Positions 10,867-23,152 of a stretch of DNA of 64,000 nucleotides are shown here, one piece after another. Positions within the stretch are counted from its first letter, which is position 1, and every line of letters begins with the position of its first letter. The position numbers were made by a program, and so were the translations under genes. The notes under the pieces are model-generated. The model was not told the origin of the DNA, searched no databases, and saw only the letters and a program-made list of their open reading frames with translations. This DNA comes from Pelomyxa schiedti (Eukaryota; Protista; Evosea). The DNA lies in the NCBI GenBank assembly GCA_020536535.1, contig JAHLWZ010000199.1, positions 14,026 through 78,025 on the forward strand. Direction: 5' to 3'.

Positions 10867-12381
10867 TCATGATGACACTCGTGGCTTTTTTCCTCTTTCT
10901 GCAGACGCCTGCATTTGTTCAGCTTCACGCTTTTTGCGCCTATTTGGTTGTTGTGATGGAGTCAGATGATGGATGATGAGAATGGTGCAGAAAGCAAGCA
11001 AGGAAGGAGAAAAAGAAAAGTGGGAATGCATACACATAATCGGCATAAGTGCTTCCTCCAGTGGGTAGGGAAGATTGCATTAGTGTAACGCGAGTGGAGG
11101 AAGATTCTGTACAATCCCACTTGCTGCCGGCTCTTTGGTGCGTTGTGGTTGTAGTAGTGCTCGATGTGATTGTTGGAAGTTGTTGTTGTGGCAGAGGAAG
11201 GACAGAGGTTGAAGTTGAGGTTGCGGTTTGTACTACAAGAGTGGCTGCGGTTCCTGATTGAAGGGGGATTATGGTTGCCGGTTTACTATTGGGATTGGGG
11301 TCGGAGGTTGGTACATTTTTGATTGTGGAAGGCGGTGGGACGGGAAGTGTTGCAGTACCTGCGGCCTGGAAATCAATTGAAGTACGATTTTTAGCAGCTT
11401 GTTCTCGTGCCCTTTCTGCCTCTGCTTGTTTACTGGCTTTTTTTTTTTGGAAAAAAGGTGAATTTTGTGGAAGCCACTAATGCATTTACAAATGGCATCA
11501 TAGTGATCAGCTTCTTCAAATCTATGTGGATCAAACACTTCCTTTGGGTAGTTTGTACCAATTTGGTCAATTTCATGGTACTCAATGAGTTTATCCAGAA
11601 TTGTTGGGTTGTTGAAATGCTACGATGTCTTGAGTTAAGTCATGCAGATAATTAAGTACCTTGGTGCGTCTTAGGCTCGCACTAAGGCTTGCACCCTGTT
11701 TCTTCTTAAGCCAGAATTTTCTCAATTTTTCCTGCATAGGAAGTTAGTACCCTTGGCTTCAAATGATTATATAAATTGATGGCACTAATATCATACAGAC
11801 AATTCAGGTGAAATTCCACCAAGTGCCTGTGAGGTTGCTTGAGAAGCAGAAGGCGAGTCGATGCTATTTAGTTTTAGTTTTCGTTCATCTCTACTACTCG
11901 GTGTGAAATTTTTATTTAGAATAAGCAGTAATGGCAGGACTTAAACAAAAAAATAAAAATAGTAATGGCGATAATGACAATAACCAACGAACCTCTGTGA
12001 GAGTTCCCCACCGTGCTCTGAATATCCAATTCGTGCCAACGGTGGTGTCGTTCTTTCGTTCGTGAGATTCCCGCGTGGTGATGCACACAGTAACTTTTTC
12101 TCCGACGACGATGGCTTCGACAAACCCACATTTTCTGCTGATGATGCTGTGCGAGTTCCATGTTTGCAGTCGTTCTCGTTCTCGTCCTCCTCGTCGTCGT
12201 CCTGGTCCTCAGTTTCGTCGTCGTCGCGGTCTTGTTCGTTTCTGAATTGAGTCGACGACGGAGGAGCCTGTTGGAGACGCGGCAATGAGCACCCTTCGTG
12301 AGTGTCCTCCATTCGTTGCACATCATTGCCTGCCGCTACATCGTCGTCTTCGTCACCGTACGCGGACACCAAGTTATACAT
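10867..12381 (-). CDS. SAP30BP: SAP30-binding protein (HCNGP family), multi-exon
   Basis: Start MYNLVSAYGDEDDD, acidic tract, then the spliced HCNGP core HFNNPTILDKLIEYHEIDQIGTNYPKEVFDPHRFEEADHYDAI, then NRTSIDF and KWD. Confidence 0.8.
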
Positions 12382-12863
12382 TTAGGTCTTTCTGAAAGTT
12401 CAGATGCTGGATGGATGGAGGTCTGACAGAAGAGACTCGTGTTGGGGAGTACTACCACCGCACACTGACTATTCCAAGAGGATCCTCTCGGAGGCTAGAC
12501 TCAGGAGAAGGGACTCACAGACAAGATCCGGTACATGAGATCTGCACCCGGCCGGGCTAGCCGGATGACCTCAATTTAATCACTTCCAAATTAACGCCAA
12601 TCGTGGAAAAGTGGTTCTGGAAAACAACTCGAAAAGGACCGAACCTGCCCGACATAGACCCGGTGCAGAATAGTTATTAGGACAGTCATCACAGACGCAG
12701 AGCCGACGTGCAAATTAAGAACAAAGTGATGAAAAGTTCGTTTTCTTTGGGGAAAAGTCGAAAATAATATACACCGTTAAACCCTCACACAATTTATTGA
12801 GCATAAAGAAGATTTAAACCGGCACAAAACAAAAAAAACAAACAAACAGCAAACAACAAACAG

Positions 12864-14016
12864 ATGGACACGTCTCCAAAGGACAACAGACTCTCCGTTT
12901 CTTTTCTTTGTTTTGACGATAAGGTAGTTGCCTGCGTGCAATACGTACTAAGTTCTTAATTGTTATTGGTTTTTCTTATTGCACAACAAATAATAATAAA
13001 ACCAACCCCGCTACGTGCTGAGATTACGACAGGAACAAGTAGAAACACCCATTGCCAAACGAAGTAGAACTAACAACGATGACGTGAGGAACACTCCCTC
13101 TAAGCCGCTGAGCCATCCCTTGATATCCACAGAAAAAGAAGTACTCGCAAACGCCCTCTCGGCACTTATTGGAATGTCTTCTTCGTCTGTGGATACGGCT
13201 GTACGCTCTACATCACCCCCTCCTGTGGAGGATATGAACGGCCGGCACAGAAAGAGGCTTCCCTCAGAAGATAGAACTCCACCCACTCCAAGCCAAACAT
13301 ATGCGGGGGCTGATTTGCACGCGCAGATGATGAGATATGGTGCATCCTTGTTTGGGAAGGATGAGGATGGAAACTATGTGTGCTTCTTTGATAAGTGCAC
13401 TCAAAGAATGTCCAACAACTTTAGTCGGCACATCTTTGGGGTAATCCTATCCCTAACATATTCTGTCTTAACACATCGCTAGCACGAACAGAGAGGAGAT
13501 AAGCTCAAAGAACATCTACGCTCTCAAGAGGGCTCACGTAGTCTGTGTTTCGTTGATCAGACTTTCACTGCTCAGCCTCACTCCCAGAGGAAAAGGGGTT
13601 CAAGGCGAATAGGCACATCGGCTCCTAGTCCAACACTGAAACCCTCACACTCAACTTCAACATCCGTTGGAACCTATTGCCCTACGAACACCTCAGTAAA
13701 ATCTCCTTCCCTTCCGGCCGTGCAAGGCCACCCTCTCCCCACCTTCCAAACAACCAAGGGCGTATCATCTCAGGAAGAGTTATTGCTTCTGCTAGCCACT
13801 ACAGCTGTACTTGGCTCCGGTAACCCACAGCACTTCCCGCTCCTCTCTAAGGGTTCTGCAGTGACGGCTGCCCCAAAAGTGGATGTTGCTCAGTTACCAT
13901 CTGCCTCCCAAAGTGCTGCGAGCAGGCCCAGCACGTCGCCTCTACAATCGTCCCCATTGTGCTCGCCGGTTGTGAACCCAGCCACAGAATTTGACCTTCA
14001 AGGTACAAAGGAGTAA
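12864..14016 (+). CDS. Hypothetical protein with one atypical C2H2 zinc finger in an S/P/T-rich disordered context; 3' end uncertain
   Basis: ATG at 12864. CFFDKCTQRMSNNFSRHIFG joined across a GT-AG intron to HEQ gives C-x4-C-x10-H-x3-H. Confidence 0.5.
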
Positions 14017-14448
14017 GACACAAACACCAGACTAACTGCCACAAATAGGTTCCAGAACAACAGTCCCAGCTGTGGAACAACATCAGATAGTTGAAGCAAT
14101 TACAGCTATCCAAATCATGATAAGGGCTCTATCCAGTTGCCCTGTGGCGCTGTAATGCAACTGTATGAGTTTCATCCACGCACTGTATATTATGAGTAGT
14201 CTCCACTTTTTGTCGGCAATAGAGGTCACCCTGTTCATTCTCACACCACAACACCATTTTTTGAGGAAAAAAAAACAATAATTTTGAAAATGTTGATACC
14301 GCTTTCCCATGTTCCATTTGGTTCTGATGAACGATTCACTCTCACTGATCATGAGAGAACAACGACACTACAACGCGTGGAAACCAACTTTTCCTGTCGA
14401 ACTTTCTTTGTAAAAAAAATTATCATTGTTCCAATGTAGTATTTTTAC

Positions 14449-17400
14449 TTAATGCTTTGCCCAATGGGAAGAAGTTTTGGACGTGGTTGGGCTTCTGGGA
14501 TTGTGTGTCTCAGAATAAGGGTTTGTCTCAACATCACCAGTTTCAATGAGCACGAGCAAATGCTCCGTGGATGATGTCTCAGGGTTGGGGAAGTTGGGAA
14601 TGGGCCTGAGTACGGCTGTGCCAGTGGCCTCGTCAACAAAAACCCGCACTATTGCTGTATTCCCTGTCTCTGCCGCCAGTGGTGCTGCCACTGGAGGTGT
14701 GCCATGCAGTGGTGCTCTGGTTTCGCCCTGTGGGGACAGCGAGCGGGAGGAACGGGAGCAGGAGGAACGAGAGCGGGAGGAACGGGAATGAGACCCGGAG
14801 CGGGAGCGGGAGTGGGAAGTGGATATGGAGCGGGAGCCGTAACTGGAAGAACGGGAACGTGAGCGTGAACGGGAGCGCCTTGATGGATGGTTGTGACGAG
14901 AGTGATGGGCGGAATGGGAGTGGAGGGTTTGAGAATAGTGAAGGCTTTTGGAGGTGTTTCTTGTTCCGGGAGTGGTGGTTGGTGCAGCCGGTTTCTTTTT
15001 TGTGCAACGGAAAAATCTATCCTGGAGATGCTTGCACACAGCAAGAGTCAAGCGAGTATGCTTGTCAATTCGTTTGAGGATATCGCGGATATGACGTGTT
15101 CCGACTTTCTTGTTCTTGCACTCAATAGTGATTATCCCACCATCTATTTTGATGTCGGTGTGCTCTGCGTTTGGCACGCTTTTCAACGTGCTGAGTTTCA
15201 ACCCCACGAGTGCACGTAACACTGTGGGCCATTCGCAGTTTGGGGGTGGCATGAACCCAACCCCTGGGAATAAGAAATTGGCAGCAGCACTTGCGTCATC
15301 ACCTAGAGCAGGGGTCCCAACACAACAAGAAGGATCACTCCCAGTTGTTGTTGACGGTGAAGGAGGAGGGGCGAGGAGCTGACAGAACTGCTCCAGTCGG
15401 GGTTGAACTCCAATTTTTTCCAGTGGCTGTGTGGGGTTCCAGTTTCCATCCTTTGTTTTTGGTTCTTGGAGGAGGTGCCTCAAAAAGAAGCCAAGGAATT
15501 CTGTTGAATTCAAGCCTTGCTTCGAGAACCCAATGCTGCGTGATGCGGCACATGCGGCAACTCCAGCCAACTGCTCGAGGTAATTCGCACTTGAGCCTGG
15601 TGCCGAGGCATTGCTAATTGCTGTGCACCCACACGTGTCATAAAAGGCAAGTCGGGCTGTGGTTGCATTCCCGAACTTGTTGAAAAATGGTGCAAACTTT
15701 TGGGTTCCTAACAGAGACAAGTATCCTCGATTTGCAAAGAAGTTCCCCAACTGTTGACAACTTCAACGTGTGCACACCTTCCTCGAGGTCGAGGTGTGCG
15801 AAATGCATCGCCACAAATTGTTGTTTGGACTTTTGAGAAGTGGTCTCGTTCTGCTTCTGGCTCACTGCTGTGGGTTTCTTCTTCTCGCTGGTCTGTCTTC
15901 TTCCACTTTTATTATTTCGGTCATCATGTTCTGAAGATGACGGAGCATGGGGGCAATTTTCAGGGAGGAAGTAGCAATCGGCACAGAACAGGCACACTTG
16001 TCCAGCCTTCCCATAGCTTGTTCCCCGTATGGTGGGCTTGGAATTCAACACCCACTTGAACAACTTGTTGCTCAGAATGTTCAGCAGTTCGGGTATGTTG
16101 TCAACCAGGTTCTGAAGGCAGCTGCTGTTTTGTCTGCTGGCAGATGAAGAGGTGGTGCTCGTGGTGATGCAATTCGAGCTTTTGTCCAAAGAACCCTTCA
16201 GGAGTGCAGCTTTGTTGTCCATTTCCAAAATCCATTGAGAGATTGCAATGGCAAAGCGAGGCCTGGCAGTGCGGATCAGACACTCCAGAAAGTCAGAAAC
16301 AGCTTTGTCTGCCAAAGAAATGTGGTCAAGCACAGGGGTGACATCTGAAACGACCATGGGACAAATGGATGGTGACTTCTTGTGAACGAGAATGCACCAT
16401 TGTCGGGACTCTATGGGGCAAGAGGAACCGGAAATTTGGAGAGATCCAGCGAAGTTTGCGATGTTCACATCCGTGCCACAGAGGATCAGACACACTCCAC
16501 ACATCAGAAGTGCGTTCCTGATGAACAAGTGCTCCTTGTCCTTGATATTGGCCTCGTCAAGGAAAAAGCAGGGGCACTCAGACTCGGAAAAGCTGAGTGC
16601 CATCTTCCTAACATCGTCTGCCACACACTTTTTCGAGAGTGCGACTGAAAAGGGTTCTTGAAATGCGCACCAAGGCCAGTCCATATCTCTGTGACTCAGC
16701 ACCCACTGGACCCATGCGTTGATCCACAGACTCTTATTTGACAGTGCTGCAGTGCTTATCCCCAGCTTTGCTCCACCGTACATATGTGCTATTTCTTCCA
16801 TGTCCTTCTTCACACATTTTAGCAGAGACTCAGTGAAAGGAATGAAAGGACGGACTACGCGCTGGCGCTCAGCCCTGTCTTCGATATCTGTGGGAACCAG
16901 GGGAACATATCTTTTTGGGAGTGTGTTAAAGGAGAGAAAGGAAACAGTGAGTCGCACATAGTTTTTCGTGAGAGACCAAAAGCAAGTTGAGTTTTTCCAA
17001 CTCCCGCAGACCCACAAACCAACACAAAAGGGCATTGCTCTGTGTTTATGCTGCATTCCCAGCACTGTTGGACCGCTGCTTCCAGGGAATTCAAGCTAGG
17101 ATCAGCACCCTTGAGTTGCTGGCCAATTTCTCTGTACTGTTTCACGACTTGAAGGTTTTTCTCTGCAGAAATGAGGAAAGGCATAGCACAAGTAAAAGTT
17201 GCCTGGTACTGGGGTGCATTGAACGTGGTGAACGATACCTGAGGATTTGTTTATTTTAAAATCTTAATGAGCAGAAGCGATACCTGTTAATGGGAGATTA
17301 TTCAACTTTGAATAGAGGAAATTTCTATCCCACTGAAATTTCTGTCTTTCTTGAGCCAGGATTTTGTCATTTTCTGTTAAAAAAATGTTGATCGGTCCCA

Positions 17401-18226
17401 TTTGGGTAAAGTGTGTCTCCAGCCTCTTGTTCAGAGAGGCTTTCTCTTCTTGCAAGTGATTCAGTTCAGTTTTTTGGTTTGTATTGCTTGAAATACAAAA
17501 CTCGATCGCTTTTATTCTTTTTTCGCATTCTTCAATCATGGTGTTCAACTTATTTTTCTCCTCCTTCCAGGGTGTGGCTGCTGCGTTTATCTCTTCCTCC
17601 CTTTCCCTCATTCTCTGCTCCAAGAGTTCAATATCTAGCTTTATCTGTTCTGCAGTGGCACTTGAGTCCTGCGCTTCCATGATAGTTCCTGGTTGAGCCG
17701 TACCCACGTCCACAGTGTCATCGATTGATGACTCGATCCCAACCCTCCTACGTTTGTTACTCACGTTTGCATTGCCTATGTGCGAAACAGGGTTGCCCAG
17801 GGGTCGTTGGGAGGGTAACTCGAACTCGGCATCGCCATCACTCTCCCCAATGCAGTGCAATGAAGGAGTCGATGAAGTTGCGGTTCCTCTGCCACGTTGG
17901 GTAGATTGACAACCAGAGTGCGGAGCACGGCTATGGCTGTGCCGATGCCTTCGAGGCGAACGTGGCCGACGGTTTCCGTGTCTTGTCTGGTGGCTATGTC
18001 TCGAGCTTGAACGGCGGTTGAGGGCACGGGAACGGGAGCGGGAGCGAGAACGAGAAGGAGAAAGAGAAATGGATGAGGAGTGGCGATGACGACGGCGGTT
18101 GCGATGATGCCGACAAGTACAGTCGTCGTGATAGCACCTGCTACGGCTGCGTGATCTAGACGGAGATGACGAACGGTGCCCCGGGAGATGCGGTGAGTGT
18201 GGGGAGCTCATTGTATCAATCGGCAA
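14449..18226 (-). CDS. Crinkler (CRN)-like effector: RS/His-rich N-terminus, coiled coil, P-loop NTPase, PD-(D/E)xK restriction-endonuclease-fold domain, RS-rich tail; frame break near 15750
   Basis: Walker A GSAGVGKT, Walker B FFLDE, IRNALLMCGVCLILCGTD, HFAHL, LEQLAGVAACAAS, and nuclease motif D-IKIDGGIITI-ECK followed by ILKRI..LTLAVCKHLQDRFF. Introns inferred at 17283-17163 and about 16958-16912. Confidence 0.75.
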
Positions 18227-18599
18227 AAAGATTAATGGAAACGCGATCTCGCAATTTCAGCCCCAAAAAAAATGTGTGGACTAATTTTGGTGAAACGAAG
18301 GTACACAAGGGTTACAACAAGCATAATTCCCGCCCTCTGGACTTGGGGGTTCAACAAAAGCTGGCGAAATGTACCCACATTTAATTGAGTGCTCCATGCA
18401 AAGAGGGTTGGTCAAGCAATACTCAGCATACGAGACCCAGTGCCGAAATCAGCGGCTGAAAGTGTCATGTGGCGGCACAGATAGACCTCGGTCTCCAGCG
18501 GGAACGGGTGGAGAAGCGAATGTGCGTGACTATACTTTCAATCTTTGGTTTTTTTGGTTGTGAGTAATAACATAGTTATGGCCCCTTACATCACTTTTA

Positions 18600-19030
18600 G
18601 CTAGCCCTTCTCTACAAGCCATATGAAACAGTGGGATTTTTGGAAGACATGAAACCGGCACGAGTCGTATCTAACATCGGCAGCAGATAGACCAAAGGTA
18701 TCCACAAGCCATTTGACACACTTGGAGGACTTGGTTTCATTATGGCTACGAAGGAGGACTTTCTCAATTCTTCTTTTGGATCACTTCCCACTTGAATCCA
18801 CCAGGAATTTCATCACTCCTATGCTCCAACTTAACAGGCCGTATTCATTGCGGGACCAAACTCCCACAGGTCAGTGAATCCGAAATTAGCCACCAGGGGG
18901 CTCATGACGTTGGCCAGATTGAACAGGCTTTCAACTGCCGTTGTTGCTGTGTGGACACTGTAATGGAGAAATCCGTCCCATAATACTTTGGACACCACAA
19001 TCGTAAGCCATGGATCAATCCCCAGTAAAT
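18600..19030 (-). pseudogene. Possible degenerate remnant of a helical-repeat protein gene
   Basis: Protein-like fragments (TAVESLFNLA; KCVKWLVDTFGLSAADVR) are separated by stops and frame changes; no family assigned. Confidence 0.2.
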
Positions 19031-19179
19031 AGTTTTGAGTACTCTTTTTGTGGTGGTGGCCACCGCACCTACGAGAAGGAGAATAGCGGCTCTCAGGTCG
19101 GATTCGGCGATTTGATCAAATTTCGGGTTTACCCAAAAAGGTTTTCTCTACACAAAAACCCCTCCTAACTTTTCTCACG

Positions 19180-22100
19180 ATGTCGCAACGACAATACCGC
19201 GGCGCCAACGACGAGAAGGAACGAAACGAAACGCCCCCACGCAGTGCCGCCGAAGGCACCAGAGGGGCCCCGCTGCCCTCGGCCTCGTCAATACTACTCG
19301 GCAGCCCCAGCATCAGCGAATCGTCGTCGACCGCGAGGCGCAGCGGGGGCGGGAGCGGCAGCGGGGCTTATTCCCTCTCGTCGTCGCCGTCCTCGCACCT
19401 GTGGTCCTCGTCGTCGCAGCCGCACATGCACTCCCACACGCACTCGCTCAGCCCCGCCACCGCCCCCCCGTCCCCCGGCCACACGCGGACGCCCACGGTC
19501 GGGGGGGGCACGGGCCTGGGGCAGCCCCTGGCGTCGGGCTCGCGGCTCTCCGTGTCGATGCCCGACATCGTGATGTCCTCGCCCTCCCCCAGCCCGACTC
19601 CCCCCGCGCAGCAGCCCTCCCTGCCCCCTCCCTCGCCCTCGCAGGCGGCCCTGCAGTCCTTGCTGCGGGCCAGCGCGCCGCTGCAGGACAAGCTGTCCCC
19701 TAGGGTGCCGGGGACCGGGCCGGCCGCCCACCCCCTCACGCAGGACACATTGAGCGCATCAGCCGACCACACGAAAATACCACCACCGCCACTCCCATCC
19801 ACGCCAGCGGCAGCAGCAACGGCATCAACAACGGCGACTGCATCATCATCATCGTCGTCGCCGTCATCGTCATCGTCATCATCATCACCATCATCGTCGG
19901 CAGCACAGGTGACATCGACGGTGACCATGCCTGCCACAATGCTGCTGTCTGACTCTTTTCTGAATTCACCATCATCATCACCGCAACCCCAACGCGTTCT
20001 AATGTCTGGGGATAGTATCAGTACACCAACACTTCCGGTTGTGGCAACTGGGACTCCCTCTAGCATTCTTGCTACTGCTTCTGCTGCCACAAACTGCCAT
20101 ATTCCTCGGTCTAGGAGTTATCACCAGTCACACGTGCACGGCGGCCGCAGCAGCCCATCCCCTCCTGCTGATGAAAGCCCAGACATCCACCTTTCCAACA
20201 TCCGGAAAAGTGAATCACACAAGCCCTCGTCACAATCACCAACTCTTGACTTGATCGATAAAAATACTCCCAGTAGAAAGCACAAACTCGATAAAGCCGC
20301 TACTGACCCTTGTCTCATCAAAGCTAAGGTGCTCCCACATTTGCCTTTTTTTTTTCGTGCCCTTACCTTCTCTAGGAATTTCTGGAGTCCTTGCGATCAA
20401 GTCGTGAAAAATTAGAAATGTACTGTGCTACCAAACTTTCCCCAGATATCAAAGAACCACCTCGAAAATTTACTAGCCCTGAGATGGTAACCACTTTTCC
20501 ATTTGACTATCCATAGACAATTCAGCAGAAAGACTGTAATCAACCTTTTGGAGCCCCTCTTTCATCCCTAGAGACTATTGTAGTAAATAACTTGCTGATA
20601 CCTGTAATTATACATAAAATTACTCGCTGCTTGTCTATGTTGAATCCCAAGAGTTTTTACTCACTAATCATTACCCAGAATTGTAAAAAATAACATCACA
20701 TGCAGTTGTATGTGTTTGACAGATCCGGATGGTTTTAGAATCCAAAAAGCTGGTATATATACTGGAGCTTTGCCAATCGAAGAAATTTCCGAACCAAATA
20801 CCTTAATCAACATTCTTCTAAGTTTCTTTGAAGAACTTCCACAGCCTCTTCTTCCAAGTTCCCTCTTACCCGCACTGTCATCCCCAAACCAAACAGGACA
20901 CACTTTGAAAGTGGTTATCGAGGCACTTCCAAAGGAAAACCGGCATCTACTTCAGTAGTCGTTCAGTCTCTTTGCTCCAGGCTGATTTCCTTCCTCAGGT
21001 TTATGCTGGAGTTTATTATGCAAAATTGTGAATACAACTCCCTGCATGAATGTTCTGCAGCATTCGGAGTAGCATTTGCCCACTGGTTTGCTTATTAAAT
21101 TATGTCATGATCTAAATTATTCCGTCTTCTCTTTTGTAGTACAGTGGAAAAGTCCTCAGCAAGGGATGCCATACATTCCTTACTACATAATTTTGAAACC
21201 ATCTTTTTGGTAGTTTCCATTTAGGAAAGTTAACTGCACTAAATGTCTAAGATTCCCCCCATTTCCAAGCCAGAAGAACAAGAAAGAAATTGTATATCAC
21301 TGGCTCACAAACTGTCACTAATCGCTTTATTGGTTTGCGAGACTCCACAAGGTTAGTCTTCCACAAATTCCTTGACTTAGGAAGCTGTAGAACCAGATTT
21401 CTTGAGTAGATACTGCCTCACCTATAGATATCACACAACACCAAAATTGCTTTTCTCAACACTGTTGAGGATTTGTCTGACCATTCCGCTTTGCGATTCA
21501 GCACACACAAAACAGCGCAAACTCGCCCAGTACTTCTGCACTCGCGTGGCTTCTCTAACATGTCTAGATTACAGAAAGTGTTTGTAAAGTTATTTGAGTG
21601 TGATTCTCCTGAGTTAAGTGTACACTTGGAGATTGACACGTAAGTCTTTCTATTTGCACAGTTAAAAACTCATAGTTACTAGCGAAATTAAGTTGGTTTG
21701 TGGACTTTTTCCTGTAATAGGGCAACGGATTTTGGAATTACAACTTCCAGTCATTGATAATAATGTTCTCCTATAACATTCCCACGCTTCACCGAAGCTC
21801 ACCAATCCAAGATAACAGCTCCTCCCCCCTCTGAGCAAATCGACTTGTGGGCCATTGACCCCTCTGCACTTGCTGAACAAGTCACAATACTCTTCTACAA
21901 GACTTTCCGTAAGGTTCCACTACCAGCCTTTACGTCAGCTCCTCAGGAAAATAAAAAAATGGCTAAGGCTCTACAAAATATGGTGGATTTGTGCAACAAG
22001 GTACTTGAGTGCATCACGAGAATACCTTTTGCTCACCAACTACAGCTCACGATGTGGGCTGTTTCAGAAATAGTGACCACAAACTCCCCGAAAACTGTAG

Positions 22101-22943
22101 GGAGATTTATCTCACTAGCTCAGGTTTTTCTTTTTTTCTTTTTGCTTTTTAATATTGAATTCTTTACTTGAAACAGAAATGTCTACACCTCAACAATTTT
22201 GCAGCAGCTTTTTCCCTCTACCTTGCGTTGCTCAATCAAAACGTCCAGCGGCTTGAAGATGCAACGAAGGTAAGGACTATACTTTGATCCACGTACGTTA
22301 CAAGCAACAGAAAATTAGCAGAAGCAAGCAAACTATGTATGACGAATTAACAACGTTTTGCTCCCTTGAGTCCAACTTCGGCGTATATCGGAGAAGGGCT
22401 ATTGAAGCACAACTCAATCACAAACCTTGCATTCCCTGCATTGGTTAGCCCTTACTCCTTCCCACCTTCCATGCTTATCGGTTTTGCAGCTGTAGTTCAA
22501 CATGACATTGAAATAATAGATGCCTTACCAACCACTATCATGTGGCCTGAAGAGCATCAATGCAACCAACCACCAGAACCTCCCCCGACCGAAACGGGAG
22601 ACCAGGGACACCCTGCAGCAACTGTTCTCTCTGCTTCCGAAACTATTTTGGATAGATTGACTGCACCCCTACAGCAACACCCTCCCATAACACCACAGGT
22701 ACCTCGAGAACCGCTTGTCAACTGCAACAAATTCCGGCAGACATCCTCCGTTTTACTCTCTGTAGCGAACATGCAGCGGACACCTTACGACATAGAACCC
22801 AACATAAACCTACAGAATGCACTACTGAACGTTACGGTAATTCGTACTCCACTCAGTAATATGCTGACATTCACAATTAGATATGGCCAGACGACATCCT
22901 TGAACGGTGGAGTCTTGCTTGTAAGAAAAAATCCACTCCCTGA
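19180..22943 (+). CDS. RhoGAP + RasGEF (REM and CDC25 domains) signalling protein with long S/P-rich N-terminus, multi-exon
   Basis: DGFRI..EPNTLINILLSFFEELPQPLL..LPKENRHLL (RhoGAP). LTYRYHTTPKLLFSTL (REM). IDPSALAEQVTIL, WAVSEIVT, RFISLA..LNNFAAAFSLYLAL, NCNKFRQ..MQRTPYDIEP (CDC25). Confidence 0.8.
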
Positions 22944-23152
22944 GGGCCATTCCTCAACACCCTCTTGTTTGCAACAGCCAGTACAACTAACCACCTAGCA
23001 TCCAAAATAGAATGTATTCACCTACCATCGTCTCTTAGAAAGAAAAACTTTTGTCTTTTTTCTGTAAATCGCACAAACGGGAAAAGATAACAGATTTCCT
23101 TATTCTATCCGCAGTTGCTTCGTAATATTAAGCCGCGCGACCGGGGAACGCG

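Noticed and set aside
12400-12720. GC-rich intergenic stretch with short palindromes (CCGGCCGGGCTAGCCGG), considered as snRNA or SRP RNA
   Set aside because: No U1/U2/U3/U5/U6 or SRP signature recognised; an Infernal/Rfam scan would be needed.
17900-18150. CGGGAG/GACGAC-type short repeats (also 14730-14900, 19840-19900, 43200-43530) as CRISPR or satellite arrays
   Set aside because: They are coding low-complexity tracts (Ser/Arg/Asp) with no repeat-spacer structure.
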